This document shows, piece by piece, positions 17,521 through 25,665 of a stretch of 58,061 nt of DNA. The stretch is taken from positions 1 to 58,061 of the IMG/VR virus record IMGVR_UViG_3300036826_000378; one strand, 5' to 3'. How positions within the stretch are numbered: position 1 is the stretch's first letter; each line of letters begins with the position of its first letter. The position numbers and the translations under genes are program-made. Under the pieces are notes generated by a model, which was not told where the DNA came from, searched no databases, and saw nothing but the letters and a program-made list of their open reading frames with translations. Origin of the DNA: a virus (Duplodnaviria; Caudoviricetes).

Positions 17521-18035
17521 TGCGCTTCTCGCCTGAGTACGTCACGTTCTGCCGCGGCGTCCAGGTGCCGCGGCAGCCGCTCCGCCACGGCGACTGGTAC
17601 TGGGTCCAGGGGCCAAGCAAGGAAGAGGGCGAGCGCTTCTATGGGGGTTGGACGCCCGAGGGACATGTCCGCCTTTGGATGGAGCCGCTGAACAACGAGA
17701 CGTGGCGCATGAAGAAGGGGCCGCCTTGGGGGGTGTCCGATGGCACCTTCGCGTACGGCACCGCGGACTGGAACGACCACAACTGGAAGGAGCTCGACGG
17801 GCCGCCCATCTGGCTGCCACTGGAGGGCGACTGGATCGAGCTGCTGCGCGAGATCCAGGAACGGCAAGACCCTCTCTTCGAGGCGGAAGGGCCCTTCATG
17901 AGACCGCTCGCCTATGCCGTCGTATTCGATGCGATATCCCGCCAGGTCGCCGCCGAGGCGTTTCCTGACGACGGTCGACCGGATATGCCGTTGGTGCTGG
18001 GCCGGCTGTGGCGGGAGATGTCGGAGGGCCGGTGA
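17520..18035 (+). CDS. Trp-rich hypothetical protein
   Basis: coupled ORF, high GC3. Confidence 0.7.
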   Translation: MRFSPEYVTFCRGVQVPRQPLRHGDWYWVQGPSKEEGERFYGGWTPEGHVRLWMEPLNNETWRMKKGPPWGVSDGTFAYGTADWNDHNWKELDGPPIWLPLEGDWIELLREIQERQDPLFEAEGPFMRPLAYAVVFDAISRQVAAEAFPDDGRPDMPLVLGRLWREMSEGR

Positions 18036-18256
18036 TCCGCTACGAAGACCTCGTGGAAGGGTCACGCTGGATCGACGGTGACGGGGCTGAGTGGGAACTG
18101 CGGCAGCGAGTTGCGCGCAACCACCGGCACCTGTTCGTGCGGCCGGGCATCACGCTACCGGAGCCACCTGTCGTGCTCCCTCCTGTCGCCGCAGGCCAGG
18201 TGGTCATCGGCATCGACGAGCACCACATGAATGAGTACGGCTGGAGGCGAGCGTGA
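18032..18256 (+). CDS. hypothetical protein
   Basis: SD GGAGG, GTGA overlaps. Confidence 0.65.
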   Translation: MIRYEDLVEGSRWIDGDGAEWELRQRVARNHRHLFVRPGITLPEPPVVLPPVAAGQVVIGIDEHHMNEYGWRRA

Positions 18257-18492
18257 GCGTCATCCGTCCAGTCTTGCTCCGCTGCGACGAGTGCGGCGAG
18301 ATCAGCGAGACGATCGCCGGCCCCACCTACAGCGTCCGCGAAGCTCGCGCGAAGATGCGTCGATACGGCTGGACGCGGCAAGGGAGGCGCGATGCCTGCA
18401 AGCCGTGCACAGTCGGCGCAAGGATCGGCCAACCGGTCTCGATGGACCCTGATGGTCGTCTCTACACCCGAGATGGCAAGGAGGTGAGGTAG
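18253..18492 (+). CDS. small Zn-finger protein (CDEC...GW...DACKPC)
   Basis: two CxxC pairs. Confidence 0.75.
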   Translation: MSVIRPVLLRCDECGEISETIAGPTYSVREARAKMRRYGWTRQGRRDACKPCTVGARIGQPVSMDPDGRLYTRDGKEVR

Positions 18493-18873
18493 ATGCTCTG
18501 CCGCAACACGACGTGTCGGATCGGCAACGTGCCGGCCACCCGTCACATGCGCTGGCGCTACAAGAACGACCCGCCGGGCACCCGGCCGATCCCGGTCACC
18601 GAAGCGCACTTCTGCGACGACTGCGCGCACTCGATCCGCGGCCAGGCGGAGGCGCTCCTGCTGGACGAGCCGATGCCGGTGCAGCGGCTGGGCCACCTGG
18701 AGCTGGGAAGGCTCCACGCCCTGGCCGTAGAGGCGGACGACGACCAGCTCACGTACGAGGCACTGACGGCCGTCGGTCTGGACGGGCCCGAGGCCAACTT
18801 CCTGAGCACGCTGGCGCTGGCATGGCCGGCGATCCTGCGGCGGCTGGAGGGGCAGCCGAGGGGGGCGGAGTAG
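18493..18873 (+). CDS. Zn-finger hypothetical protein
   Basis: CRNTTC...FCDDC; SD AAGGAGG. Confidence 0.7.
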   Translation: MLCRNTTCRIGNVPATRHMRWRYKNDPPGTRPIPVTEAHFCDDCAHSIRGQAEALLLDEPMPVQRLGHLELGRLHALAVEADDDQLTYEALTAVGLDGPEANFLSTLALAWPAILRRLEGQPRGAE

Positions 18874-19182
18874 ATGGCGCCGGTGGATGTCGCGCTGGCT
18901 GGCCGCATCTGGCAGATCCTCGTCGAGGAGTGCCTGGCCAACACCGAGTGGCGTGACCCCTTCGTCCACTACGTGGTCGATCGGTCGCAGAACTCCCGGA
19001 TACTCGGCGACGCCATCGAGTTCACCTGTCCTGGTGGCCTCGGAACCTTCCACTGCACGCGTGACTGTCGCGACATGCGGGTCCACCCCTCGCCCACCGA
19101 GGAGTGCTTCCCCGAGATGCTGGAGCGGATCCGCCGGGCGAACGAACGGCTCGGCCACCTGGAGGCAGAACGATCCGAATGA
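18874..19182 (+). CDS. hypothetical protein
   Basis: abuts neighbours, high GC3. Confidence 0.7.
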   Translation: MAPVDVALAGRIWQILVEECLANTEWRDPFVHYVVDRSQNSRILGDAIEFTCPGGLGTFHCTRDCRDMRVHPSPTEECFPEMLERIRRANERLGHLEAERSE

Positions 19183-19415
19183 GCAGCACGGTGTACTGGT
19201 TCGAGCCGGGCGGCAAGGTGCTGCATACGAGCGCCAAGTGCCCCGATCTTCTCCGCGCGTTCACGGCTCTGGAGCGGGCCACGGGGAACCGGCCCCAAAT
19301 GCGTTCCTGCGATATGGAGGCGCCCGTCACCGGCAACGATGACCCGTACCCGCCGGATGAGCTGCTGTCCTGCCAGGTCTGCCCGCCCCGCGAGGAGCCA
19401 TCACTGCCACAGTGA
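19179..19415 (+). CDS. small Zn-binding protein (LH...C...CQVC)
   Basis: ATGA/GTGA overlaps. Confidence 0.65.
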   Translation: MSSTVYWFEPGGKVLHTSAKCPDLLRAFTALERATGNRPQMRSCDMEAPVTGNDDPYPPDELLSCQVCPPREEPSLPQ

Positions 19416-20554
19416 GCAAGCCACCGCCCGTCCCCGCCAACATGCGTCCGCTCGATCACATGTTCCTGGACGATCTCATCGCTCAACTAGAAGGCTACGA
19501 GCGCGACCTCAACCACAAGCTGCCGCCGCAGTACCCGATGTTCCGGCGGCTGCTGAGCCTGGAGGGCGTCGGACGCATCCTCTTCGACGCACGGCAGGCG
19601 CAGCAGTTCGCCGACCTCGTGATCGGCCCGACCGAGCGCATCGCGCGCCAGCTCAAGACGCCATTCCCGGCGTTCTACATGGAGTTCAGCGAGCCGGTAG
19701 CCCTGGTGGGTGACCAGTGGCAGGTGGAGGGCAACGAGTTCCTGCGCGCCTTCCTCGTCGGCGGCAGCCAGAAGCTCAGGGTGTGGGTGCCGCCGGCCCC
19801 GGGCGAGCTGAGTGGCCACTACCGCACCGTGGCGCAGCCGCTGCACGTCGTCGCGTTCATCACCGACCAGGAGACCCGGGCCTTCACCGATCGCATGTGG
19901 CGCTTCGACCTGGAGACGGGCGAGACGTACGTGCAGCGTCAGGTCTGCGAAGACCTCGCCAAGCTGCGCTACAACCACGTCGACAGCACGCCCGACGGCG
20001 AAGAGGCGCGCGTCATGGATCCCGACATCGACATCAGCACCGGCCTCGAACCGATCGAGCCGCTGGCCTTCTTCCCCGCCGGCTTCGATCCGGAGAACCG
20101 GGTGGTTGGCTGGTGGGAGCGGGCCACTCTCGCGGGCTCTGGGCTGCTCCAGTGGTGCCTGGCCTACATGATGGCCAAGAGCATCATCATGGAGGTGCGG
20201 CGGCCGGCGATGAGCCGGCAGGTGCGGCGTCAGATGGAGCGCAAGGGCATCCCCTTCCCGAAGCCCTGGCATGTGCTGACGGTGGACCCGCGCTACCGAC
20301 ACACGCGGCCGAGCGAAGCCGAGCCAGGCCCGGGGACGGCGCACGGCTACCGGTACGACGTCATCGGCACGATCCGGGTCAACAGGCACCGCGTGGGCGC
20401 ACGGCGCGAGGACGGTACGTATGAGATGCGCGAGACCATCGAGTGGGTCGACGCACACCAACGCGGCCTGCGTCACGAGCTCTACATCCCCGCCACGCGC
20501 GCCGTGCGCGCCGGCCGGCGGGTACCACGCGAGCTGAGAGGTCAACAGGGCTGA
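19412..20554 (+). CDS. 380-aa hypothetical phage protein
   Basis: long high-GC3 ORF; C-terminal YRYDVIG..R...IEWVDAHQRG resembles a recurrent phage motif. Confidence 0.8.
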   Translation: MSKPPPVPANMRPLDHMFLDDLIAQLEGYERDLNHKLPPQYPMFRRLLSLEGVGRILFDARQAQQFADLVIGPTERIARQLKTPFPAFYMEFSEPVALVGDQWQVEGNEFLRAFLVGGSQKLRVWVPPAPGELSGHYRTVAQPLHVVAFITDQETRAFTDRMWRFDLETGETYVQRQVCEDLAKLRYNHVDSTPDGEEARVMDPDIDISTGLEPIEPLAFFPAGFDPENRVVGWWERATLAGSGLLQWCLAYMMAKSIIMEVRRPAMSRQVRRQMERKGIPFPKPWHVLTVDPRYRHTRPSEAEPGPGTAHGYRYDVIGTIRVNRHRVGARREDGTYEMRETIEWVDAHQRGLRHELYIPATRAVRAGRRVPRELRGQQG

Positions 20555-20907
20555 TGGAGCCGATCGAGGACGAGCTGCGGTTCATCCAGAACGTGCGCAG
20601 CCAGTGTGTGCACGTGGTGCTGCCGAGTGCGCTGGTTGAGGATGATGGACCCGCGGCGAAGATGTCCACTGAGGAGTTCGCCGCTGGGCTTCTGGAGGCA
20701 TGGGCGCGTCGGACGCCGGTCGTGTGCGGCAGGGCACTCCACACCAGCTCCATCATCCACATGGCCCAGGACCCGAACTTCGCTGAGTACCGATGGGTCA
20801 GGGCCTTTCGCGACGAGGATCTCTGCTGGGGCTGTCACCGCGGCCTTGGCGACCAGGCAGCCCTGGCCTTCCAGCACCCTCTGCCGGGCCAGGAGGATGA
20901 CGGGTGA
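20554..20907 (+). CDS. Cys/His-containing hypothetical protein
   Basis: TGATG overlap; H..VCG..LCWGC. Confidence 0.7.
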   Translation: MEPIEDELRFIQNVRSQCVHVVLPSALVEDDGPAAKMSTEEFAAGLLEAWARRTPVVCGRALHTSSIIHMAQDPNFAEYRWVRAFRDEDLCWGCHRGLGDQAALAFQHPLPGQEDDG

Positions 20908-21101
20908 TGCGGCAGGGACCTCCCCCGGAGGGGCGCGTCGTCAGCAAGACGTGGACCGCTCCTTGCAGGATCTGCAAACAACCGGTGAAGTGGTGGGAAT
21001 ACGGCAACGGGCGCTGGATGGACGCTCACCGCAGCAGGTTCGGTCGCCACCTGTGCCCCGGACCCCCTGAGCAGGAGGAAGAGACATCGCCACCCTCATA
21101 G
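20904..21101 (+). CDS. small Zn-binding protein (CRIC...HLC)
   Basis: SD AGGAGG, GTGA overlap. Confidence 0.65.
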   Translation: MMRQGPPPEGRVVSKTWTAPCRICKQPVKWWEYGNGRWMDAHRSRFGRHLCPGPPEQEEETSPPS

Positions 21102-21358
21102 TCGTCGGCAACTCCGATGGAGAAGTCGGACGCTGCGACGCGAAGTGCTACAACGCCCAGCACCAGGAATGCACGTGCGTCTGCGGTGGCCGGAACCATG
21201 GTGTCGGATTTCAGCAGGCCGTCCGGAACACCGCCGAGCTGGCCGAGCAGTGGTTCGACCAGGCGGACCCGAGCGGCGAGCTGAAGGACCGGATGCTCGC
21301 GATGCACGCGGACGTCATCGACTTCCCGCCCCAGCAGCCCCTACTTGACATAGCCTGA
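21086..21358 (+). CDS. Cys-rich protein (CDAKCYNA..ECTCVCGGRNHG), apparent ATC start
   Basis: SD AGGAGG then ATC; in-frame TGA at 21068; 90-aa high-GC3 frame absent from ORF track. Confidence 0.7.
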   Translation: MATLIVVGNSDGEVGRCDAKCYNAQHQECTCVCGGRNHGVGFQQAVRNTAELAEQWFDQADPSGELKDRMLAMHADVIDFPPQQPLLDIA

Positions 21359-21621
21359 CGTAGCAAAGCTCTGCCGGCTCGCCGGTAGTAGTACGTAACG
21401 GTACTGCTTGGAAAGGCCCCCGCATGGCTGTTATGTCTTTCGTTGTTCCGCAGACGTTGACGAGGGCTATATTGACTCGGCGGTTGACGATGCGAAGAGA
21501 GGTCCGGCGAGGACTGCCTTGGTGGGGCTGGCCTCGCTCGGCCAATTTCAGCAATAGCGCCGAAATAGGCTATGATGCACGCCATGCAGTACAACTCTCC
21601 GACACCACCAGGGAGCGCGCG
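21359..21621. promoter_or_regulatory. lower-GC intergenic control region with two class II-like boxes and TTGAC repeats
   Basis: AAGCAGTACCGT (minus, 21398-21409), CAGCAATAGCGC (21549-21560), TATGAT at 21571. Confidence 0.5.
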
Positions 21622-22056
21622 ATGCGCACCGTAACCCGCCGCCTGTTCGTACTGGTCGCGGCGGGCTTCTTCTTCATGACGCTCGGAGCGTGGCTGGTGG
21701 TCGATCAGCCAGCCCTGGCCGATCTCGTCTGGCGCAAGGTCTTCGTGTCGGCCTGGCTGAGCTGGATCAGCGCCCCCACCGTGTGGGTCGCACTGGCGCT
21801 GATGCGGAAGCGCTTGCGCATCGGATGGGTCGCCTACGTCATCTCCCAGATTGCCCTCTTCTCGGTCGGCGTCCTGCTGGGCCAGTGGGGCTTCTGCGCC
21901 ATCGGCACGGTCAACATGGGCCTGGCGGTGGAGGGCTGGCGTTCCTGGGGGAAGCCCACTCCGAACGAGCAGCGCCTGGAGCGAGAGCTGCGTGAGGCGC
22001 GTGACGAGATCGCCTGGCTGAGGGCCGAGCGTGATCAGGAGGCGCTCCCGGCGTGA
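21622..22056 (+). CDS. PnuC-like membrane protein with coiled-coil tail
   Basis: about 4 hydrophobic segments, GW....SQ and GWRSW motifs. Confidence 0.6.
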   Translation: MRTVTRRLFVLVAAGFFFMTLGAWLVVDQPALADLVWRKVFVSAWLSWISAPTVWVALALMRKRLRIGWVAYVISQIALFSVGVLLGQWGFCAIGTVNMGLAVEGWRSWGKPTPNEQRLERELREARDEIAWLRAERDQEALPA

Positions 22057-22667
22057 ACGTGGTTCGCGGAGCGCTGTGGGTCAACGACCTCGCCCAGCTC
22101 CCCCCGCAGGCGCAGCGCGTCGGAAGCTACGCCCTGGGGGAGGTGGACGATGGCGTGCGGACGGCCCATCTGGTCGCGGTGGCCGGCCTGCCCCCTGGCG
22201 AAGTCGAGGCGCGCCTGGCCGGCGGCTGCCGCGTCTTCGCGGCGTGGCACTGGCCGTCTGGCCAGCTCAGCGCCTGGACGTGGGTCTCTACCGGCGAGCA
22301 GTGGGTGACGGTGACGCAGTTGACCTATCGCTTCGCCGACGACGAGTGCTACGGCTGGAACGCAGACGTGCTCCCTGAGCACCGCGGCCATGCCCTGTTC
22401 ACCGCTGTGCTGCGGTTCGCCGGCCGGCGGATGAACGAACACGGCTGTCGCTTCATGTGGGCCGGCGCCCTGGATTCGAAGCTGGACAGCCAACGGTCGC
22501 TCGCCGCGGCGGGGTTCCGGCCGATCCTGCACCACGACGTCTACCTGGACCCGCCGCCCACCCGGCTGCGACTGCGGTGCGTGGAGTACGCCGATCCGCG
22601 GATGGCCGATCGCGCCCATTCGATCATCGAGCTTCCTGCCCAGGTCACCGTCTTCGCCGCCTCCTGA
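22053..22667 (+). CDS. GNAT-family acetyltransferase
   Basis: VLPEHRGHALF (acetyl-CoA motif A variant) and SQRSLAAAGF. Confidence 0.7.
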   Translation: MNVVRGALWVNDLAQLPPQAQRVGSYALGEVDDGVRTAHLVAVAGLPPGEVEARLAGGCRVFAAWHWPSGQLSAWTWVSTGEQWVTVTQLTYRFADDECYGWNADVLPEHRGHALFTAVLRFAGRRMNEHGCRFMWAGALDSKLDSQRSLAAAGFRPILHHDVYLDPPPTRLRLRCVEYADPRMADRAHSIIELPAQVTVFAAS

Positions 22668-22684
22668 CGAATCCACATCCCTTC

Positions 22685-22716
22685 GTGGCGGGGGCGGTTC
22701 GCGCCGCTCCCGCCAC
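22685..22716 (+). terminator. GC hairpin (terminator-like) upstream of P10
   Basis: GTGGCGGGGGCGG/CCGCTCCCGCCAC; weak U tract. Confidence 0.55.
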
Positions 22717-22724
22717 CCTCGGTC

Positions 22725-22763
22725 TTGCGCAGGGTCAGCAATACCGTTAAAATTGGCCCTGTG
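22725..22763 (+). promoter_or_regulatory. early promoter P10 (box class II)
   Basis: TTGCGC-17-TAAAAT-7-GTGAAC; CAGCAATACCGT. Confidence 0.8.
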
Positions 22764-23084
22764 AACGAAGCCACCAGCGCGCCAATGGCGCTGCCGCAGA
22801 TCCCTATCGACCCGGACGACTGCCTCTATAACCGCGCTGTCGTGAAGGCGGTCAACGCGATGCGCGCCGGCTCGAACGTCGAACTGACTCCTGGGCAGGT
22901 ACTGGCGCTGACCAAGGTGGCCCAGGAGGCTTGGGCCTACCTGGACCCGGACTACCCGGAAGGGCTGCCGCGAGATCCAGCGTTGGATCTCGCTTTTGCG
23001 GTGGTGTTCGGCTGCACCGTCGCCGAGGTGCAGGGCCGGATCGAGAGGTTCGAGGCTGCCCTGAAAGCCAAGGCGCGTGGCTGA
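22761..23084 (+). CDS. hypothetical protein, leaderless GTG start
   Basis: starts at P10. Confidence 0.7.
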   Translation: MNEATSAPMALPQIPIDPDDCLYNRAVVKAVNAMRAGSNVELTPGQVLALTKVAQEAWAYLDPDYPEGLPRDPALDLAFAVVFGCTVAEVQGRIERFEAALKAKARG

Positions 23085-23844
23085 TCTCGAACCCCTGGAG
23101 ACCTTCCTGGCCGAGCACCAGGACATGACGGTCGCTCAGGGATGCCCTGTCTGGGTCGAAGGGGAGAAGCACGAGGTCCGGGCCGTGTTGGAGTTGACGG
23201 TGGTCGTGCAGCCCATGCGGCCGCATGGCGACGAGGATCGCCGCGTCGTCGGCAAGGCGCGCGTTCAGGTCGATCCTGACGAGGCGAAGCTGGCCCCTGT
23301 TAAGGAGAAGGTTGGCTGGGGCCGGCAGCCGCGGAAGTCCAGCACGCCCCCAACGGCGTCTGAACCGCGGCCCGAGCCGGAGCCTCCGACCCCGCCTCTG
23401 CCGCCCCGTCCGTCCGTCCGTCCGCCGTCTGAACCCCCCTCTTCGAGTTCAGCATCGGACGCGCGGCCACTGCCCTCGCGGGTTGAGGAGCTGGTGGACG
23501 AGCTGCTGCGGGCCTGGTCGCGCGCCGACGAGCTGCGCACCGAGCTACGCCGCTACCGGCTGGCCATGCGCTCGGCGGCCTGCCTCGTGATGCTGCCGCC
23601 GGCACCGGTGGTCGTGCCGCCGCTGAACCGACGCACGCCGCGGAACGTCCGGGGGGCCGTGAGAGAGCTGATCCGCGTGTGGGCGCTGGAGGACGAGCTG
23701 GCCCAAGAGCTGCTGGAGCGCCGCCGGCTGATCCGTCGTGTCCATCGCAGAATCGCCGTCGCCCTTGCGATTACCGGCGCAAGCGCCTACAATCGTGGCA
23801 TGAACTGCGCCGCAACCGAGAAACGCGAGCGGGGCGCGGCCTGA
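23077..23844 (+). CDS. hypothetical protein with Pro-rich linker and two similar helical repeats
   Basis: VDELLRAW..DEL and VRELIRVW..DEL repeats; promoter P11 is embedded in its 3' end. Confidence 0.65.
   Translation: MADLEPLETFLAEHQDMTVAQGCPVWVEGEKHEVRAVLELTVVVQPMRPHGDEDRRVVGKARVQVDPDEAKLAPVKEKVGWGRQPRKSSTPPTASEPRPEPEPPTPPLPPRPSVRPPSEPPSSSSASDARPLPSRVEELVDELLRAWSRADELRTELRRYRLAMRSAACLVMLPPAPVVVPPLNRRTPRNVRGAVRELIRVWALEDELAQELLERRRLIRRVHRRIAVALAITGASAYNRGMNCAATEKRERGAA
23765..23802 (+). promoter_or_regulatory. early promoter P11 (box class I)
   Basis: TTGCGA-17-TACAAT-6-ATGAAC; GGCGCAAGCGCC. Confidence 0.85.
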
Positions 23845-24329
23845 TGGCCGCCGCGAAGCGTCGTGAGCCGAACGCCGCGACCATCAGCCGCGTGCTGGCG
23901 ACCGCCGGCTTCCAGCGGGCCACCCGCTACAGCATCTACGGCCGCGAGAGGCACGGCTTCATCGTCACGGATCACGTCGACTACGTGAACATCGGCGACT
24001 CGCTCCGCGACCGCCGTTCCGCCTACGTGGCCGGGCCCGCCGATGGTGGTCTGGCCGAGCAGGTGGCCACGATGGTCACGGTCCTGGTGGCAGCCGGCTA
24101 CAACGCCGCGATCGACGGCCGGCGGATTCGCCCTTCGGTCGAGGTCCGGACGTGGGATCCGCGGATGCACCTGTGGCTGGCGCCGAGCGGGCGCCTGCAC
24201 TGGCAGCGGATGTGTTCGGGCGGCGCCGGGCGGCGCAACGTGCGCACGAGCGTGACGCGCGACCAGTTCGAGGCTGCGGTGAAGTGCCGGTGCGTGCCGG
24301 TTTGGAAGGCGGGAGGTGTGGCGGTATGA
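23844..24329 (+). CDS. hypothetical protein (MAAAKRRE...)
   Basis: TGATG overlap. Confidence 0.7.
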   Translation: MAAAKRREPNAATISRVLATAGFQRATRYSIYGRERHGFIVTDHVDYVNIGDSLRDRRSAYVAGPADGGLAEQVATMVTVLVAAGYNAAIDGRRIRPSVEVRTWDPRMHLWLAPSGRLHWQRMCSGGAGRRNVRTSVTRDQFEAAVKCRCVPVWKAGGVAV

Positions 24330-24777
24330 CCGAGTCGGGAATCAGACCTCTGCGCTATCGCCTAGTGCGTCGCTCCTTCACCGAGATGGAGGAGGACGGC
24401 TTCCTCTACGTCCAGGACGTGCTGACGGGGAAGTCCGTCGGCGAGGCGCGACCTCCCTTCGAGGCGGAGATCAGGCGGGACCAGCTCAACGCCACGCACA
24501 AGTGGCCTGACGAGTGGATCTACATCCCGGAGACCGGCGCGCGGGTGTGCAAGCTGCACGAGCGCCAGTGGTTGGTCTCCTCGTCTTCGAACCCCGGCTA
24601 TGTCCACCTGGTCACCGATCAGGAGGAGCCGGAGCGGGATCGCGTCGGGCGCTTCCCGGTGTTCCCGCCCTGCACGTGCCCGGAGGGACGCGAGGGCGGC
24701 AGAGTAAGCGCTGCTGGCACCGCCAGCAGGCGTGGTTTGCGGAGGAGCTGGCCGCCGGCCGGCCCATCAGCGAGTAG
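24326..24777 (+). pseudogene. SWIM Zn-finger protein, frameshifted at 24685-24696
   Basis: SSSNPGY.H.V...CTCPEG then KRCWH in another frame; span is 3n+2. Confidence 0.65.
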
Positions 24778-24789
24778 CAAGGGGAGGTC

Positions 24790-25140
24790 ATGGACATGGC
24801 GAGAGACCTGGACCGGCCATCGGTGCGACGGATGCGGGAGGCGGTCGCCGCGCTCGCGGATAACCCGGACGGCGCCGCTGCCTCGACGTACCGCGAGAAC
24901 ACCGGCGACGGGGCGAGCCTGCTGGAGGTGAGGGCGCTCAACGAGCAGCTCCAGCGCGCGAGACGGGTGGTGGTCACCCTCTACTTCGAGGGCGACGAGG
25001 AGCCTGAAGTGACCCAGGTCGGGACCGACAGCGGTACGCAGACCGCGATCGGCCGCAACATCACCCAGATCGCCAGGGCCCGCGACGGCTCCCACATCAC
25101 CCAGGTGCTCGGCGATATCAACATCGGGGGCGGCTGGTAG
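24790..25140 (+). CDS. hypothetical protein
   Basis: SD GGAGG. Confidence 0.7.
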   Translation: MDMARDLDRPSVRRMREAVAALADNPDGAAASTYRENTGDGASLLEVRALNEQLQRARRVVVTLYFEGDEEPEVTQVGTDSGTQTAIGRNITQIARARDGSHITQVLGDINIGGGW

Positions 25141-25147
25141 CCGCGAG

Positions 25148-25507
25148 ATGGCGAACTACGTCAAGCGCTGGACACACCCGGACGGCCCGATGGCGGCCCG
25201 GTCGGCCATCTGCACGGAGTGCGGTACTCGGAAGGACGCCCACAGCTACAGCAGCGCGACCGGCCTCCTCTGCCCGCTCGGCGCATACGCCGACCGGCCC
25301 GAGGACTGCCCCTGCGCGTACCACCGGCCCGGTAGCCCGTACATCCACACCACGAACTGCGCGCACTGCGCACCGCGGCGTGCGGGCGTAGACGCCACGA
25401 ACGTCAACGTGGCTGGCGACGTGCACCTGGAGAACATCCAGGGCGGAGTGTGCGGGACGAACGTCAACGTCTCCGGTGGCGTCACGATCAGGAACGTCCG
25501 CGGATGA
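25148..25507 (+). CDS. Cys/His-rich hypothetical protein
   Basis: CTEC..H, CPC, CAHC. Confidence 0.7.
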   Translation: MANYVKRWTHPDGPMAARSAICTECGTRKDAHSYSSATGLLCPLGAYADRPEDCPCAYHRPGSPYIHTTNCAHCAPRRAGVDATNVNVAGDVHLENIQGGVCGTNVNVSGGVTIRNVRG

Positions 25508-25665
25508 TCGACCGCGACGAGCTTCGGAGCTGGCTCGACACGCTGCCGCCGGGTTCCCAGGTCGCCGTCGATGACGGTGGCCTGACCCTGGAGCTGGTGG
25601 GCAGCGATGGCGAGGTCTACATCGAGGTCGGCGGCCTGCCGGTCGAGCTCGGGGGTGGCCTGTGA
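25504..25665 (+). CDS. small acidic protein (MIDRDELRSWL...)
   Basis: ATGA/GTGA overlaps. Confidence 0.65.
   Translation: MIDRDELRSWLDTLPPGSQVAVDDGGLTLELVGSDGEVYIEVGGLPVELGGGL

Noticed and set aside
21315-21554. Minus-strand 79-aa ORF in the intergenic gap
   Set aside because: No SD, atypical codon usage, opposes local gene direction; weakly rejected only
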